A DNA stretch of 64,000 nucleotides from contig NW_025766002.1 of NCBI RefSeq assembly GCF_003918875.1, positions 4,154,001 to 4,218,000 on the forward strand. The letters run 5' to 3'. Below the pieces are notes generated by a model. It was given only the letters and a program-made list of their open reading frames with translations. It was not told the origin of the DNA and made no database searches. The DNA is from Haliotis rubra. Taxonomy: Eukaryota. Positions 41,948 through 54,124 of the stretch are shown one piece after another (the stretch's first letter is position 1; every line of letters begins with the position of its first letter). The translations under genes were made by a program, and so were the position numbers.

Positions 41948-42086
41948 AAACGCAACCACAGATCAGGTCAGAACATGTCGATTGAGACAGCTAGGTCACC
42001 ACGTGAATTTATCAGAGGACTATAACTTGATATAAAAGGTGGGCGGCTAACCGTACAGGCTTGTAATAGTGAACCTGAAGGTAAAC
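41948..42086 (+). promoter_or_regulatory. Promoter and short 5' UTR exon of copy B
   Basis: Conserved block AACCACAGA-CAGGTC-GAACA at 41948-41975, TATAAAA at 42031, donor AAG|GTAAAC at 42080/42081; same arrangement as copies C and E. Confidence 0.55.
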
Positions 42087-42349
42087 TCAGTTATATACGT
42101 GATTTTAATTTGATATGTATCAATTGTTTTGAAGTTCTTCATAATCATTTTATACAAATCTATACGTACAAATATAGAAATATTCACATAATCAACCGGT
42201 TCCTATATATGCTCGATATGTTCGATCGCTATTTCAGTATGTGTATTTATCATCCTAATACAAATTTACTTGAAACCCACACGCTATTTTTTACTTATAT
42301 ATTCACAATCGAGAAATGCTCAGTTTTGTTCAAATGGTATTTACACAGT

Positions 42350-42545
42350 TCGTTTGTTGTTAATTACATTACTCAGCAACATTCCTGCCATATCACCGCA
42401 GACTGTAATTACTCTGGACTAGAGAATCCAGTGATCAAAATCATGATCATCGATCTACGCAATTGACCACCAAATCCCGTTAGTCCCTTCTTACGACATG
42501 CATGGGTCGCTACAGAAAATTGTAACCCTGAACTTCACAGTTGGG
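42350..42545 (-). mobile_element. SINE family 2, degenerate, in the 5' UTR intron of copy B
   Basis: Reverse-complement match. Confidence 0.6.
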
Positions 42546-42589
42546 TATTTACGCAGAGGCAATATCATTTATTACTTCACAGGGCAGAT

Positions 42590-44938
42590 ATGGCACTACT
42601 CCCTCCTGCTGGACTCCCGGAGATTGTCTTCTCCTTTGACACAACCGGATCTATGAGAAGCTGTCTGGCTGAAGTCCGAGGTCGACTCCAGGACATGATA
42701 CAGCGACTCCAGGCAGACATCCCCGCCATTAGAATTGCCGTCTTCGCACACGGTGACTACTGTACCTCATCCGTATACGTCACAAAGTGGATCGACTTCA
42801 CCACTGACGTCAAGGAACTCTGCGACTTCGTCATGAACGTCGAAGAAACAGAAGGCATCGGAGACGGTGGCGAGTGTTACGAGCTTGTTCTCAGACAAGT
42901 TGGGGAGGAGTTGTCATGGACACCAGGATCTAACCGTGTTCTTGTCGTTGTCGGGGATGATGAACCCCACGGTCCGAACTTCAGAGGCAATACACAAAAG
43001 ATAAACTGGAGAGAGGAGACAAAAACTCTTAAGAAAATGGTAAGCCCAATTCCTCTCAATTTCTTAACTGTGTACCCGTTGATGCTACAACTAAACACGT
43101 TGTGGTAAGTTCTTTAAGTGGCATTTTGAAGTTGGTGTTTTGAACGTGGAGAGTTCTATGGCTGTAAAACTTTATAGTTAATGCGAGCGACGTTTCTGTG
43201 TAGCTACTAACACCCTTGTCAACCATGCTTGCAGAAGTTGCATATCCATATAACTAACGCCGATACACTTGCTTGATATTATTTCTGCAAGTGTGGTTGA
43301 CAACGGTGTTACTAGCTAGACCGACACGTCGCTCATATTGCTAAGAAAGAAGTTTATATCTCTCATCGACGATGTGGTGAGTTGAAATCCTATTAATCTC
43401 TGTGTTGAGACTCTTGTCACTTGATCAACAGAAAAGAACAGGATACTGACTATTACTCTTAATGTGTAATCAATGTATTTTCAGGGAGTAAAAATCTATG
43501 GCGTTCAATGCAGTGACAGAGCTACAAGGTTCTATCAGACCATTTCCAAAGAGACAAGAGGCCGGCATCTTAAATTGGACAACTTTACGAACATCTTTGA
43601 CTTCCTCATGGCCATCTGCTACAGGGAGCATGGAGCAGACATCCTTCATGTAAGTTGAAATACCTGCTCTTACCTCTGTCACAAGCCTCTTCAAGACTTT
43701 CAAGTTTGCAGTTTGACTTCGCTTGGTTTAATCGACATATGCATAAGAACGTCTCACCTCATATCATTCTATTCTTCAAGCACACTACACAGTCCTCTGC
43801 TTATCAGTGAGATTCGTCCTTTCCTTTACCAGGTGTATGAGAAAGAAGTTCGAGCCCGTCGTGTTGATGGTGCCCTCAGCGAGGACATGGAAGGAATGTT
43901 TACATCCCTGCGTGATGGAAAGGTCTCCCCTCCTCCACGAAAAAAGACTATTACAATCGGTGCCGCAAAGAAAAAGGATCTCAGTGCTTCCACCTTAAAG
44001 AAAACAGCAACCAACAAAAGAGTCCTTAAGGCCAAACCTAAATCAATCAGAACGAAATCAGTAAAGGTAAAGTCTTCTATTATATATTTTAAATCGATGA
44101 CACTGTTTAGTTTGTAGTAGATATTCGACTATGGTAAATTGAGGCAGTCTCAAATGAAAACTTCATATTAACATTTATTTGGCTATTACAAGTTTAGGGG
44201 CGGTGGGGTAGCCTAGTGGTTAAAGCGTTGGCTCGTCACGCCGAAGACCCGGGTTCGAATCCCCACATGGGTACAATGTGTGAAGCCCATTTCTGGTGTC
44301 CCCCGCCGTGATATTGCTGGAATATTGCTAAAAGCGGCGTAAAACCAAACTCAGTCAGTCAGTATTACAAGTTTAGTGAAACACATGATGCAATTTCATT
44401 ATTTCAGAAACGAGCAAAAATTGTTGCACCTGTTTTGAGAAGAGAGGAAGTCTTTGACAACAACTTCAGCTTGAGAAACTTGGACTGGTCACATTGGATC
44501 AAGGTTATCTCCCCTAATATTCCACTCAAACTGGGTGTTCAATGGGAGAAAAGACGATGTACCAACTCTGGATTCAGGAAGAAGACGGTCTTCAAGCTCA
44601 GCAACAATAAACCAGCTCTCTACGAGGTTGGTGTTCAGAAAACCCCATACGGACGAAAGTTCGTAGTATTTAGCAAGTTCTGTCGCCATATTCCCGATAA
44701 TGTTAACTGGGAAACACGGCTATTCGGAAACAAAAATGTTAAAGTTCAGGTCAACAATGTTCTGTCTCAGAACTGCAGTGTTTATGTGCGGAGGGTGGTG
44801 TACAGAAGAGCATCAAGTCACCTTAAAACTGTAGCATTGCTAAAATCTTATGACTATGCATGGCGACGTCCAAGATCACGCTCTTGTGCCCGAAATGTGT
44901 ACAAGCAAACCTGCACAATCTCATCAAGCAAATTGTAA
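42590..44938 (+). CDS. vWA + basic linker + ET/HRT-like GIY-YIG domain protein, copy B (intact, ~459 aa, 4 coding exons)
   Basis: Exons 42590-43039, 43485-43649, 43833-44066, 44408-44938, all GT-AG and phase 0, 1380 nt in total. MIDAS motif FSFDTTGSM, plus AHGDYC, GECYELVL and VGDDEPH. C-terminal WSHW, PALYEVGV and LLKSYDYAW. No signal peptide. Exon structure matches copies C and E. Confidence 0.88.
43165..43355. mobile_element. Inverted pair of Penelope-like element ends with hammerhead-like motifs, intron 1 of copy B
   Basis: Imperfect inverted arms 43185-43236 / 43282-43334, each reading TTGACAA-stem-GA(A/C)ACGTCGCTC. Confidence 0.45.
44198..44362 (+). mobile_element. SINE family 1 in intron 3 of copy B (young)
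   Basis: Consensus-like; 14-bp TSD TATTACAAGTTTAG. Confidence 0.9.
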
Positions 44939-45727
44939 TTGTCTCTGAGCATGCATTGAAAATTTGACTTTCAAGTTTTCAGTTTGACTTCGCATGGTTT
45001 AATCGACATATGCATAAGAACGTGTCACCTCATATCATTCTACTCACCAATGGTTGACCTGTTTTCTGGTGTCACCCGTCGTGGTGTTGCTAGAATATTG
45101 CGGCCTAAACGTAAACCCACTGACTCACTCACTCTAAGGGTCAGTGTCGTAGCCACATTGTTTACACGTTCACTGGATTTAGCCGAAAACCGGACTGGCG
45201 GCCTCAAACAATATTCACTCAGTCACTCACTCGTCCTCGCTTATCGAGATAACATTTGTTATTAAAATGCATGAGTGATAAAGAGCGTGTCCGAGTCACT
45301 GTGAACTATTGTGCTAATTCTGTTGTTTATTTTTTTGTGTGTGATAATGAGCAGTGTGATGTGGTGATCAATAAAGGTATGTAATATGAAAATCTGAATA
45401 AACGTATGAACTAAAATGTGCATATTGCTGTTTTTCTTAATTGCAGACTCAAGAAAGAATATTTGGCTAATCATATAGTTGTTCTAATAACGACGTAAAT
45501 GCATTGTTTAATATCGCATAGCCATGGTGGTATTTTTGTTTAAAGATAACTTATACTGATGTACAGTCTGCCACAAAACTAAAACGTTCTGCAATATCAA
45601 CCAATAGCATATATACAACGTTTGCTTAAACCAGTCACATAATTGGACATTCGACTAATCATTCTTCATGTATCACATACTTATGAACACAAGACCATAA
45701 TTATTCTTTCTCTGGTTCATACAGGTA

Positions 45728-45981
45728 TATCCGTGAAGGTCCGGGTTAGAATTAATCTTCAGTAACCCATGCTTGTCCTAAGAGGCGACTAACGGGATCG
45801 GGTGGTCAGACTCGCTGACTTGGTTAACACACGTCATCGGTTCCCAGTTGTGTAGATCGATGCTCATGCTGTTGAACACTGGGTTGTCTGGTCCAGACTC
45901 GAATATTTACAGACCGCCGCCATATAACTTGAATATTGCTGAGTGCGGCGTTAAACTAAACTCACTCACTCACTCACTCAC
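45728..45981 (+). mobile_element. SINE family 2 abutting the left edge of the segmental duplication
   Basis: Full length, (CACT)n tail. Confidence 0.85.
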
Positions 45982-46699
45982 TAGCTGTTATTTCGATTCA
46001 CGCATGTGAATGAGCAATGCAAAGACCTTTGTGCTCATCAGGCAGAACTGCTTTTTCACCATAAAGACAACCAGCTTTCTTTCGAAATTCATTGCACCGC
46101 GATATATTTAAGATATAATTGATGTACGGTCTCATGAATCGAATACTTCAGAGAGAAACTGAACAATCCACTACTATTATTATTCATATGTTAAACGGAA
46201 GAATATTTTGTTTCTGACACATATCATGGAAATACATCTTCCGGCATTTCCATTTGGAAACGTTTTCAATCTCCTACAGTATTAATGCTCTTTGAGTATG
46301 CTTTATTTGTGAAAACCGACATATCCTTGTAAACGGACGATCTAACTATATCTCTAAAAGGTGAAAGTGCAATATCCATAAGCAAAATACACACCTGCCA
46401 TAGTGGTATATATTTCACTTTATGTACTCTTGTCCAGCAAACGTCTTCTTCTTCAGATTTTATTCTCGTTCCAAACTGAAACACAGAAACTAAATCTGTT
46501 ATCTAGTGTTGTGGAACTGTTCCATTGAAAAAGTTATATATTTTTTATATATCGTTTGATACCTCTTTTAAATCGTATGATATAGCATTGTAGCTATACC
46601 AACTTGTTGACGGGTATGGAGATACGGACGTTTCGTACACTTTCATGTGATCAAAAATGATCATTGTAATGTGTACACATTAAAGGAAATACATGTACA

Positions 46700-47448
46700 T
46701 AACTAAGTGCATCAAGTTCTGGCTTATTCTACTGCATATGCCAAACTATAGATACCCTGAAGCCTGCTACAGTATGTCGGTACAGCTGGATAGAGTGGGG
46801 AGGATAACCTGGGCTACTTATGTGGAGACACTGCTTGACCACCTAGGATTGAGCTACTCCTGGCTACAGCAGGGTGTAGGGGATGTGACCTACTTTCTAT
46901 CTCTTGTTAAACAGAGGCTTACTGACAACTTCTCTCAGCAATTCTCCAGTGATTTACAGGCAAGCAGCAGGCTCACACACTACAGAGTCCTCTAATTTTA
47001 GTTGGATCAGAAAAATAGTTAATGCTGATCAGAGGGAAAAAACTGAGAATAACCCTAACCCGCTTTAGATGCTCAAATCATAAGCTTGCAGTTGAAACTG
47101 GGAAATGGGCGAAAACTGAATAAAATGAAAGATACTGTATCTATTGTTTACAACAAGTGGGCAAAAAATCATTCAGGACTAAACACATTCTATATTTATT
47201 TGTCCTCACTAAGAAGAATTAAGAACTACATATTTGCCCTGGATGAACAATCGCCACTCAAGCACAGACAACTTCATCAAAGCAATGAATCTATATTCTC
47301 TTGAAAGTGCCAAATTTAAATTGTAGCTGCAAGCAAGTGCAGATCTTCCTACCTCAGCAAAGGATAGTTTATATCTGGGAAAATGCGTGCATGTGGTTGT
47401 GTATATATATGACTGTGTACTTCAAAGTATTTTACATGTAAGTGTTTC

Positions 47449-47508
<60 letters not shown>

Positions 47509-47635
47509 ATGTGTGTATGTGAGTGTTAGTGTGTGTAAATATATTTCTTTTCCCTTTGATATATTTTTGTGTGTTCTATATATGTGTGTGTAAAGGCATG
47601 TGTAAATGTATTATTTCCTCAGATATATTTATGTG

Positions 47636-47685
<50 letters not shown>

Positions 47686-47805
47686 AAATGTATTATCCCC
47701 TTCTGATATATTTATGCTTGTCTCATATATTTTTCACATATTTATGCATTAATGATGTAAAAGCCTTACACTTTAGGCTGGAGGCCTATCTACAGACAAA
47801 AAACA
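46700..47805 (+). mobile_element. Degenerate LINE 3' fragment (RTE-X/CR1-like) with microsatellite-rich 3' UTR
   Basis: KCIKFWL..RYPEACY..WATYV..LGLSYSWLQQGVGD..KQRLTD and RFRCSNHKLAVETGKW; (TG)n and (TA)n tracts. Confidence 0.75.
47450..47503. repeat. (TG)n microsatellite
   Basis: Read directly from the sequence. Confidence 0.9.
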
Positions 47806-48919
47806 CAGTAAAAATACACCGAAGTACAGGTTATGTATGAATTAATACGGATATTCTTGACATTCTTTTCCTTGTATTTAATTTTATCATGAAAACTGAT
47901 CAGGAGATACAACTGATCTTCTATATCGCATCTGCTCACAAGAGAATATACCATTACAACTGGTCAGTCCTGTTTTTCATGGGTGTGCGGAATTTGTTAA
48001 AGCAACTATTAAACGAAGTAAAAACAACCCACAGTTTTATTTTGTTTCTTTTGGAAAATGCTGTTAGCCTCTTGAAATGAAATCGTTTTGATTTGGTGGA
48101 AAATGGGTCTGGGAATGGCGAAATCTAAAGATGAAGAAACATGTCAAACCTAATTGTTTTTGGTTAAAACTCAGAGAAAACGTTTATTGTAATAATACAT
48201 TGAATTAAAATTGCCAGTATATTTGTGCAAGATAGAGCATTATGTTTGACCGCCTATCATATTTGGAAACATAGTGACACTCCTTCTGGGAAGTTTTATC
48301 TCAGCAACAATAGACAAATGATTAACCACAGAGAACACAGCTGTATGCATGTTCACACACTTTGGTAAATCATAATGGTTTCCATAATAAACAGCTGAAT
48401 GTAAGAACGTATTGATTAACGAAGATACGTTTGCCAAGGAAATATCTGCAATATTAATACATGTTTCACGAAGATTATGATTGATGTTCTGCCTGGCAAG
48501 TGAAGCATTCCGCGAAGCAATGATGTCACCTCAAAATGTACAAACTCTACCCATTGCGGCTATATACCGTTTACGATGAGAATATCTTCCGACAGACAGT
48601 GTAAGGAGACTGGATATAAGCAACGTATTTGAGAGAGCATGTTCATTGTTTCTGAACGCACGTTTCACATGTCGATTCTACATATGACACTTTCAACGAA
48701 TGAACATTTCCTGAGTCAAAGGTGTTTTAATAACTCCCCGACTACATTTTCATCTCCAACGGCTTAATCAGGTCGTTTCCCTTGTTTCAAAAGAGACGCA
48801 TAAATTAAAACGCATACACGCAAACAACGTCTGAGCCTCAAAACACAACCACAGAACAGGTCTGAACACGCCAACCGCAACAAGCCCCAGCCCGTTCCCA
48901 TTGATCGCCTCACAGCCAG

Positions 48920-48955
48920 TATAAAAGCTGGCCGGCTCGCTGAGTAAGATCAGTT
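48920..48955 (+). promoter_or_regulatory. Core promoter of copy C: TATA box + initiator
   Basis: TATAAAA at 48920 and TCAGTT Inr at 48950-48955 (~30 nt spacing), then a non-coding exon ending at donor CAG|GTAAAC (49082/49083). Confidence 0.7.
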
Positions 48956-49359
48956 TGCTCATATACACTACTGAAAGACTTAACCGCCTGTCAGTTACTC
49001 CTAACAGGAGCACTTATAAACTGCACCTAACTGCAGGGGAACAGAACAAGAACAAAATATTTGCCTTCACCATTCAAAACAGGTAAACTGAGGAACATAT
49101 TCACAGTGATAGTTTATATATACGTACAATTCTGCGTCTAGAAACATCAACAAAACGGCTTCAGATTATTCCATATTTATCTGCCTTCTTTGTAAGATAA
49201 AGGTCAGTAATTAAAATAGGTCTAATACACATTTTACAAAATCATATCAATGACAGAATTGTGAATGAATATTGATGCGCATTTCTTCATCACTTAATTG
49301 TCTTCTGTACGCATTAGGATTAATAACAGTGTTTTCAATTTTTTTTCAACAGATTCAGC

Positions 49360-51185
49360 ATGGCTTTGCTTCCTCCTGGTGGACTTCCAGAGATTGTCTT
49401 CTCCTTCGACACAACCGGCTCTATGAGCAGTTGTCTGGCCGAAGTCCGAGGGCGACTCCAGGACATGATACAGCGACTCCAGGCTGACATCCCCGCCATC
49501 AGAATGGCCGTCTTTGCACACGGTGACTACTGTGACAAACACAACTATGTCACAAAGTGGATAGACTTTTCCACTAACGTCAAGGAACTTTGTGACTTTG
49601 TCAACAACGTCAGTAGCACTGGAGGCGGAGACTCCGACGAATGTTACGAACTCGTTCTCAGACAAGTGGGTGAGGAGTTGTCATGGACCCCTGGATCCAA
49701 TCGTGCCCTCGTCATGATTGGCGACGCCAACCCCCATGAGCCAGACTACCCCGACAACAAACTCAGGATAGACTGGAGGGAAGAGATTCAAACCCTCAAT
49801 AAAATGGTAAGCTGAAGGTCAAATAGAAGTTTCAACACAACGAAATACACGCATTCAAATGCTCTACACAGTGCTGAAATGCATTTTGCGTCGTAATTGT
49901 CATATTGTGTATTTTATTCATCATGTCACATTTGTCAAATCCATCTAAATCATTTCCAGGGAGTGAAGATATATGGGGTAGAGCGTGGATCTGGCACCAT
50001 GGAATTCTACAAGAGAATGTCACAGGAGACAGGTGGACGCCATCTCCAACTTGACAGCTTCTCCAATGTCTTTGATTTCCTAATGGCCATCTGCTACAGG
50101 GAACATGGAGCAGACATGTTTGATGTAAGTTCGCCCTACGCTTATTTTGAACACAAAACCTAAATATTACTCATAATGGATTTAGTGAACTTTCCTCAAC
50201 ATAAATCATTCCCATGCTTTCCTGTTTTAACATTTGTACATGCCATTTCAGGTCTACGAGAAAGAGGTCCGAGGTCGTTGTGCTGAAGGCGCCCTCAGCA
50301 AGGACATGGAGAAAATGTTTACATCGCTACGCGATGGAGTAGCCTCCCTTCCATCGCCAAAGAAGATCACAACCGGTTGCAGTGGAAAAAATGTCACGAT
50401 CCCCACTCTGAAGAAAACTACATCCTTCTCAGGAATTAGAAAGGCCAAGCCTAAATCTATCAGGAGACCAGGAACAAAATCACTGAAGGTATGTTTTATA
50501 AATGTTTGTTTTCAAAATGGATAACATTATATATTCAAATGTTCAATTGTTTGGAAAATATTGATAACCGTCATATTTACCGATTTAAGTTATACCACTG
50601 TGGCATTACTCTTCTCAAACAAATCGATAATTTGTACATAATGTATTATTTCAGAAACCAACAAAGTTTGTGACTCCTCTTTTGAGAAGAGAGGAAGTCT
50701 TTGAGAACAACTTCAGCTTAAGAGACATGGACTGGTCAGCCTGGGTCAAGGTTATTTGCCCTTTTGTTCCTCTCAAACAGGATGCACAATGGGAAAAAAG
50801 ACGGGGTGCCAACCCTGGATTCAGGAGAAGAACTATCTTCAAGTCCCAGAACAATAAGCCAGCTCTCTACGAGATCAGTGTTCAGACCACCAGGTTTGGA
50901 CGTAGGTGTGTGGTATTCAGCAGGTTCTGCCACCACATTCTTGATAATGTTAACTGGGAAACACGACTCCTTGGAAACAAAATTGTCAGAGCTCAGGTGA
51001 ACAATGTTGTCTCTCAGAACTGCAGTGTCTATGTGCGGAGGGTGGTATATAGAAGAGCATCAGGTCACGTCAAAACAGCCGCAATGATGAAGTCCTATGA
51101 CTACGCTTGGAGGCGTCTAAGATCACGATCTACTGCTCGACATGTTTACAAACAAGGCAGCACAATTTCATCAGACAAAGTATAG
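49360..51185 (+). CDS. vWA + basic linker + ET/HRT-like GIY-YIG domain protein, copy C (intact, ~459 aa)
   Basis: Exons 49360-49806, 49960-50124, 50252-50488, 50655-51185 (1380 nt, GT-AG, phase 0). Motifs FDTTGSM, TGGGDSDECYELVL, IGDANPH; C-terminal PALYEISV and SYDYAW. Upstream non-coding exon ~48952-49082; AATAAA at 51609. Confidence 0.9.
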
Positions 51186-52527
51186 ACTTTTTCTGAACAT
51201 TGACTGATAATATCAGGTGTGTGCTGAAAGATACGCGGACATAGCTGTTTTTCCCGAGATGCCACGTATCAAACGGACGTTTCTTTCAATGTATAGAATG
51301 TATATGGAGAATGTACATATATGAAATCAGATGACATTCTTGATATTACTGGAATGAGATTTGTCATTGAAAGACAGCGATAACGAATCTCACATCATAC
51401 AACTTGCTTCATGCTTTATGTGAAGGAGAGGGCATGATGTTTCATTATAGTGCTTGAATGTGGATTAGTGTGTTCATCCGAATGAAAGAGACTGATGAAT
51501 GTGATCGATGTTGTACATATGTCACTGTTTGTGTTAAGGTGTATATACAACTCATTCGCTGACCTGCATTGTTTATATCTTTGGCAACATGTGCAATGTT
51601 AGTATAGGAATAAATAAAACAAACTTTTGAGAAATTAATACACATTATTTTCTTTGACAATGCATTTTACATGAGAGTGTTGTCGTAATCCGAGACATAA
51701 TACGTCTGATTGCGACTTAGACTTCACTCAAATCACAAACCAAATATCAACCCTCAACTTCCATATATGTTTTAGGACAAACATCACAACGAATAAATGG
51801 AACCTTCGTCTCTGTTGGCTACAACATAAGAGATCATTAGTGAGGGTTTAAAAAGTACCATCATCGCAACAGTGCATTTTGTTGTTTACAGAGTTCAAGG
51901 TCCGTATCCAAATATTTAGTAGCGGATTCATGGTTCATTCCATACTGTCATCTTTGGTCTGTCAGTACCGTGTCCAAGCTTTGACACAAATAGTAAACGT
52001 TTACAAACTTAGTTCATCCGATGTTAAAAGCTAAAAGAAACAGAACACACCAACACTTATACAAGTTATCCAGTTTCTAATATATATTATTGTATTAAAT
52101 TGTATTGGTATACATTGGGCTTCCTTTCTCCTACCTCAAGCTGATGCTCAGTTATATAACTTGAAAATGTAACTGTAATAACCAAATGGAGAAAAGTCTT
52201 AGATGATTTTATGATTAACAACAAGACGCTATTAATTCAGAGAACATTTGCCCAATATTTTGATTGTAGTTTCTATAAATTGTATTAACAATTAATGTAG
52301 TTAAACAGTAATAGCAAATGCCCACGAATATCGCCGTTATTGTTTTCTGTTAAAAGCATCACCGACATGCAATGTTACAGTGCAGACCGTGGAATATTCA
52401 GCAAGATATGTGGCCATCAGACAGAATTGCTCAGCGTAACAATCCGCGAAGTAAACACGTCACACATTCTTTGTTATATCGCTACACGACACTGCGACAA
52501 TCAATATAACGGACGTGTCACTAGACG

Positions 52528-52690
52528 CGAGTGTGTGAATATGTTTTTACACCGCCTTTAGCAATATTCCACCAATATCACCCTGGGGGACACCAGAAAC
52601 TGACTTCACACATTGTACCCATGTGGGGAATCGAACTCGGGTCTTTAGCGTGACGAACGGACTCTTTAACCAATAGGTTACCCCCACAGC
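52528..52690 (-). mobile_element. SINE family 1, diverged
   Basis: Reverse-complement match. Confidence 0.75.
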
Positions 52691-53304
52691 TCCTATCGTG
52701 ATTAACATTGTCATGACCACCAAAAGACAGTAATGATAATTATGTTCCAAACACAAATACATCGTTTATTTATTTTTACCCTTATTAAAACGTTTACGCA
52801 CAAGCAACAACTGCTTGCTAACCATGACAATCTTTCTTTCCAAACTCACTGAAATATATTTGAAATATCACTGATGGTCACTATTTCTGATCTAGCTGAT
52901 AAGCTGAGTATTATAAATATATGTCACTGAAACGAGAGAATATTGTGTGTCTGACATAATGTATATCATGGAAAGTTGGCTTTATTATATTGAATCATAT
53001 TACTTTGGTAGCATGGGACTTTCCATGGAAATGTTTTTGTTATACTTTCAATTGCTACCTACTGTGAATCGTTTGATAAGGCATTTTCTTTTAAGTTACT
53101 TTATCAGCATGTATCGAGTTACGGTGGTAACTAACACAGAAGCTTTCAATGTTATATGTAGACAGTTAAAAAAGGATACATGGAATTTCAGTGCAAATGA
53201 AAATAGATAATAGAATGGTATTTATAATTAACTTCTTTTCCCAGGGTACATATTGTGGAAGCTAGCAAAGATAGTACAAGTGATATTTCACTTTTCACAA
53301 GGAT

Positions 53305-53750
53305 ATACCTCATATGATAGCAATGTGATTTGCAAGGTTCAGGAAAAGCATGCTAAATATGCGGACCTCGCCAATGAAATGCCTCGATTGCATCCCAAGT
53401 ACACTGTCGTCAGACTCCCCATTGTTCTCGGTGCCCTTGGTTTGGTATCTTCTGATCTCTTGGCGCAGATCAGGAGAGTGCCCGAGTTCTCCACCGGGAG
53501 CACAGCCCTTCTGACATTCTGGGTAATGCAGAAGGTTGCAGTTTTGGGAAGTCTTCATATTCTCCGGAATGTTCTTGGTGGGTTCGACTAAGCAGCGTTT
53601 TCTGGGAGAAGTCCCATTTGCTGTCTGGGCTGCGTGTAGACGGGGCAAGGGCCCTGAACTGATGATGAGCCTTACCAGCCTGACTGTGCCAGGATCACCC
53701 AAACCCTCTCTGCTGCATTTTTCACGCTTCACTACTGGTATTTAAAAACA
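53305..53750 (+). mobile_element. 5'-truncated RLE-type (R4/Dong-like) non-LTR retrotransposon 3' end
   Basis: SYDSNV..KVQEKHAKYADLANE...LPIVLGALG...MQKVAVLGSLHILRNVLG*, the restriction-like endonuclease C-terminus pattern, followed by a short 3' UTR. Confidence 0.75.
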
Positions 53751-53899
53751 CCTGGTTCAAGGAATAACTTCAAAACGTATCCTGTCAGAGGGGGTGGGAT
53801 AAAAGTGAAAATTCATTACGCGGAAGGTAACATCAATTTATGCAAATGGTTTCCAAAAAGTACCGTCAGTCTGGTGAAACTGGAAAATACAACGAAACG

Positions 53900-54100
53900 G
53901 TATATATTTTGTGCAAAATAGTGTACAGTCTTGTAACTATGTTATATTTGCGGTTACACATTCTTAATAAAGTACAGATTCTAGTACTTTGGGGGATTGA
54001 GTCCCATACGGGATTCGAACCCACACCCTCAGAGTCAGGCACCTTAATCACCAGCACACATAGTCAGCCGCCTAATCCTCTCGGCCATCCCGGCTTCCAC
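53900..54100 (-). mobile_element. SINE family 4 (tRNA-Leu/Ser-like head)
   Basis: GGTTCGAATCCC B box on the minus strand; shares the AAAGTACAGATTCTAGTAC body with 3600-3745 and 22560-22750. Confidence 0.7.
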
Positions 54101-54124
54101 AAAGAATAACTTTGTCTGCTGGCT

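Larger units (their letters stand above)
45981..52510 (+). repeat. Segmental duplication unit 1 (LINE remnant + promoter + copy C + 3' flank)
   Basis: Colinear high identity with 57535-63990, including intergenic DNA; gene offset is 11482 nt. Confidence 0.9.

Noticed and set aside
49294-49665. Antisense ORFs over vWA exons (also 60731-61147, 38178-38570)
   Set aside because: Shadow frames of the plus-strand coding exons.
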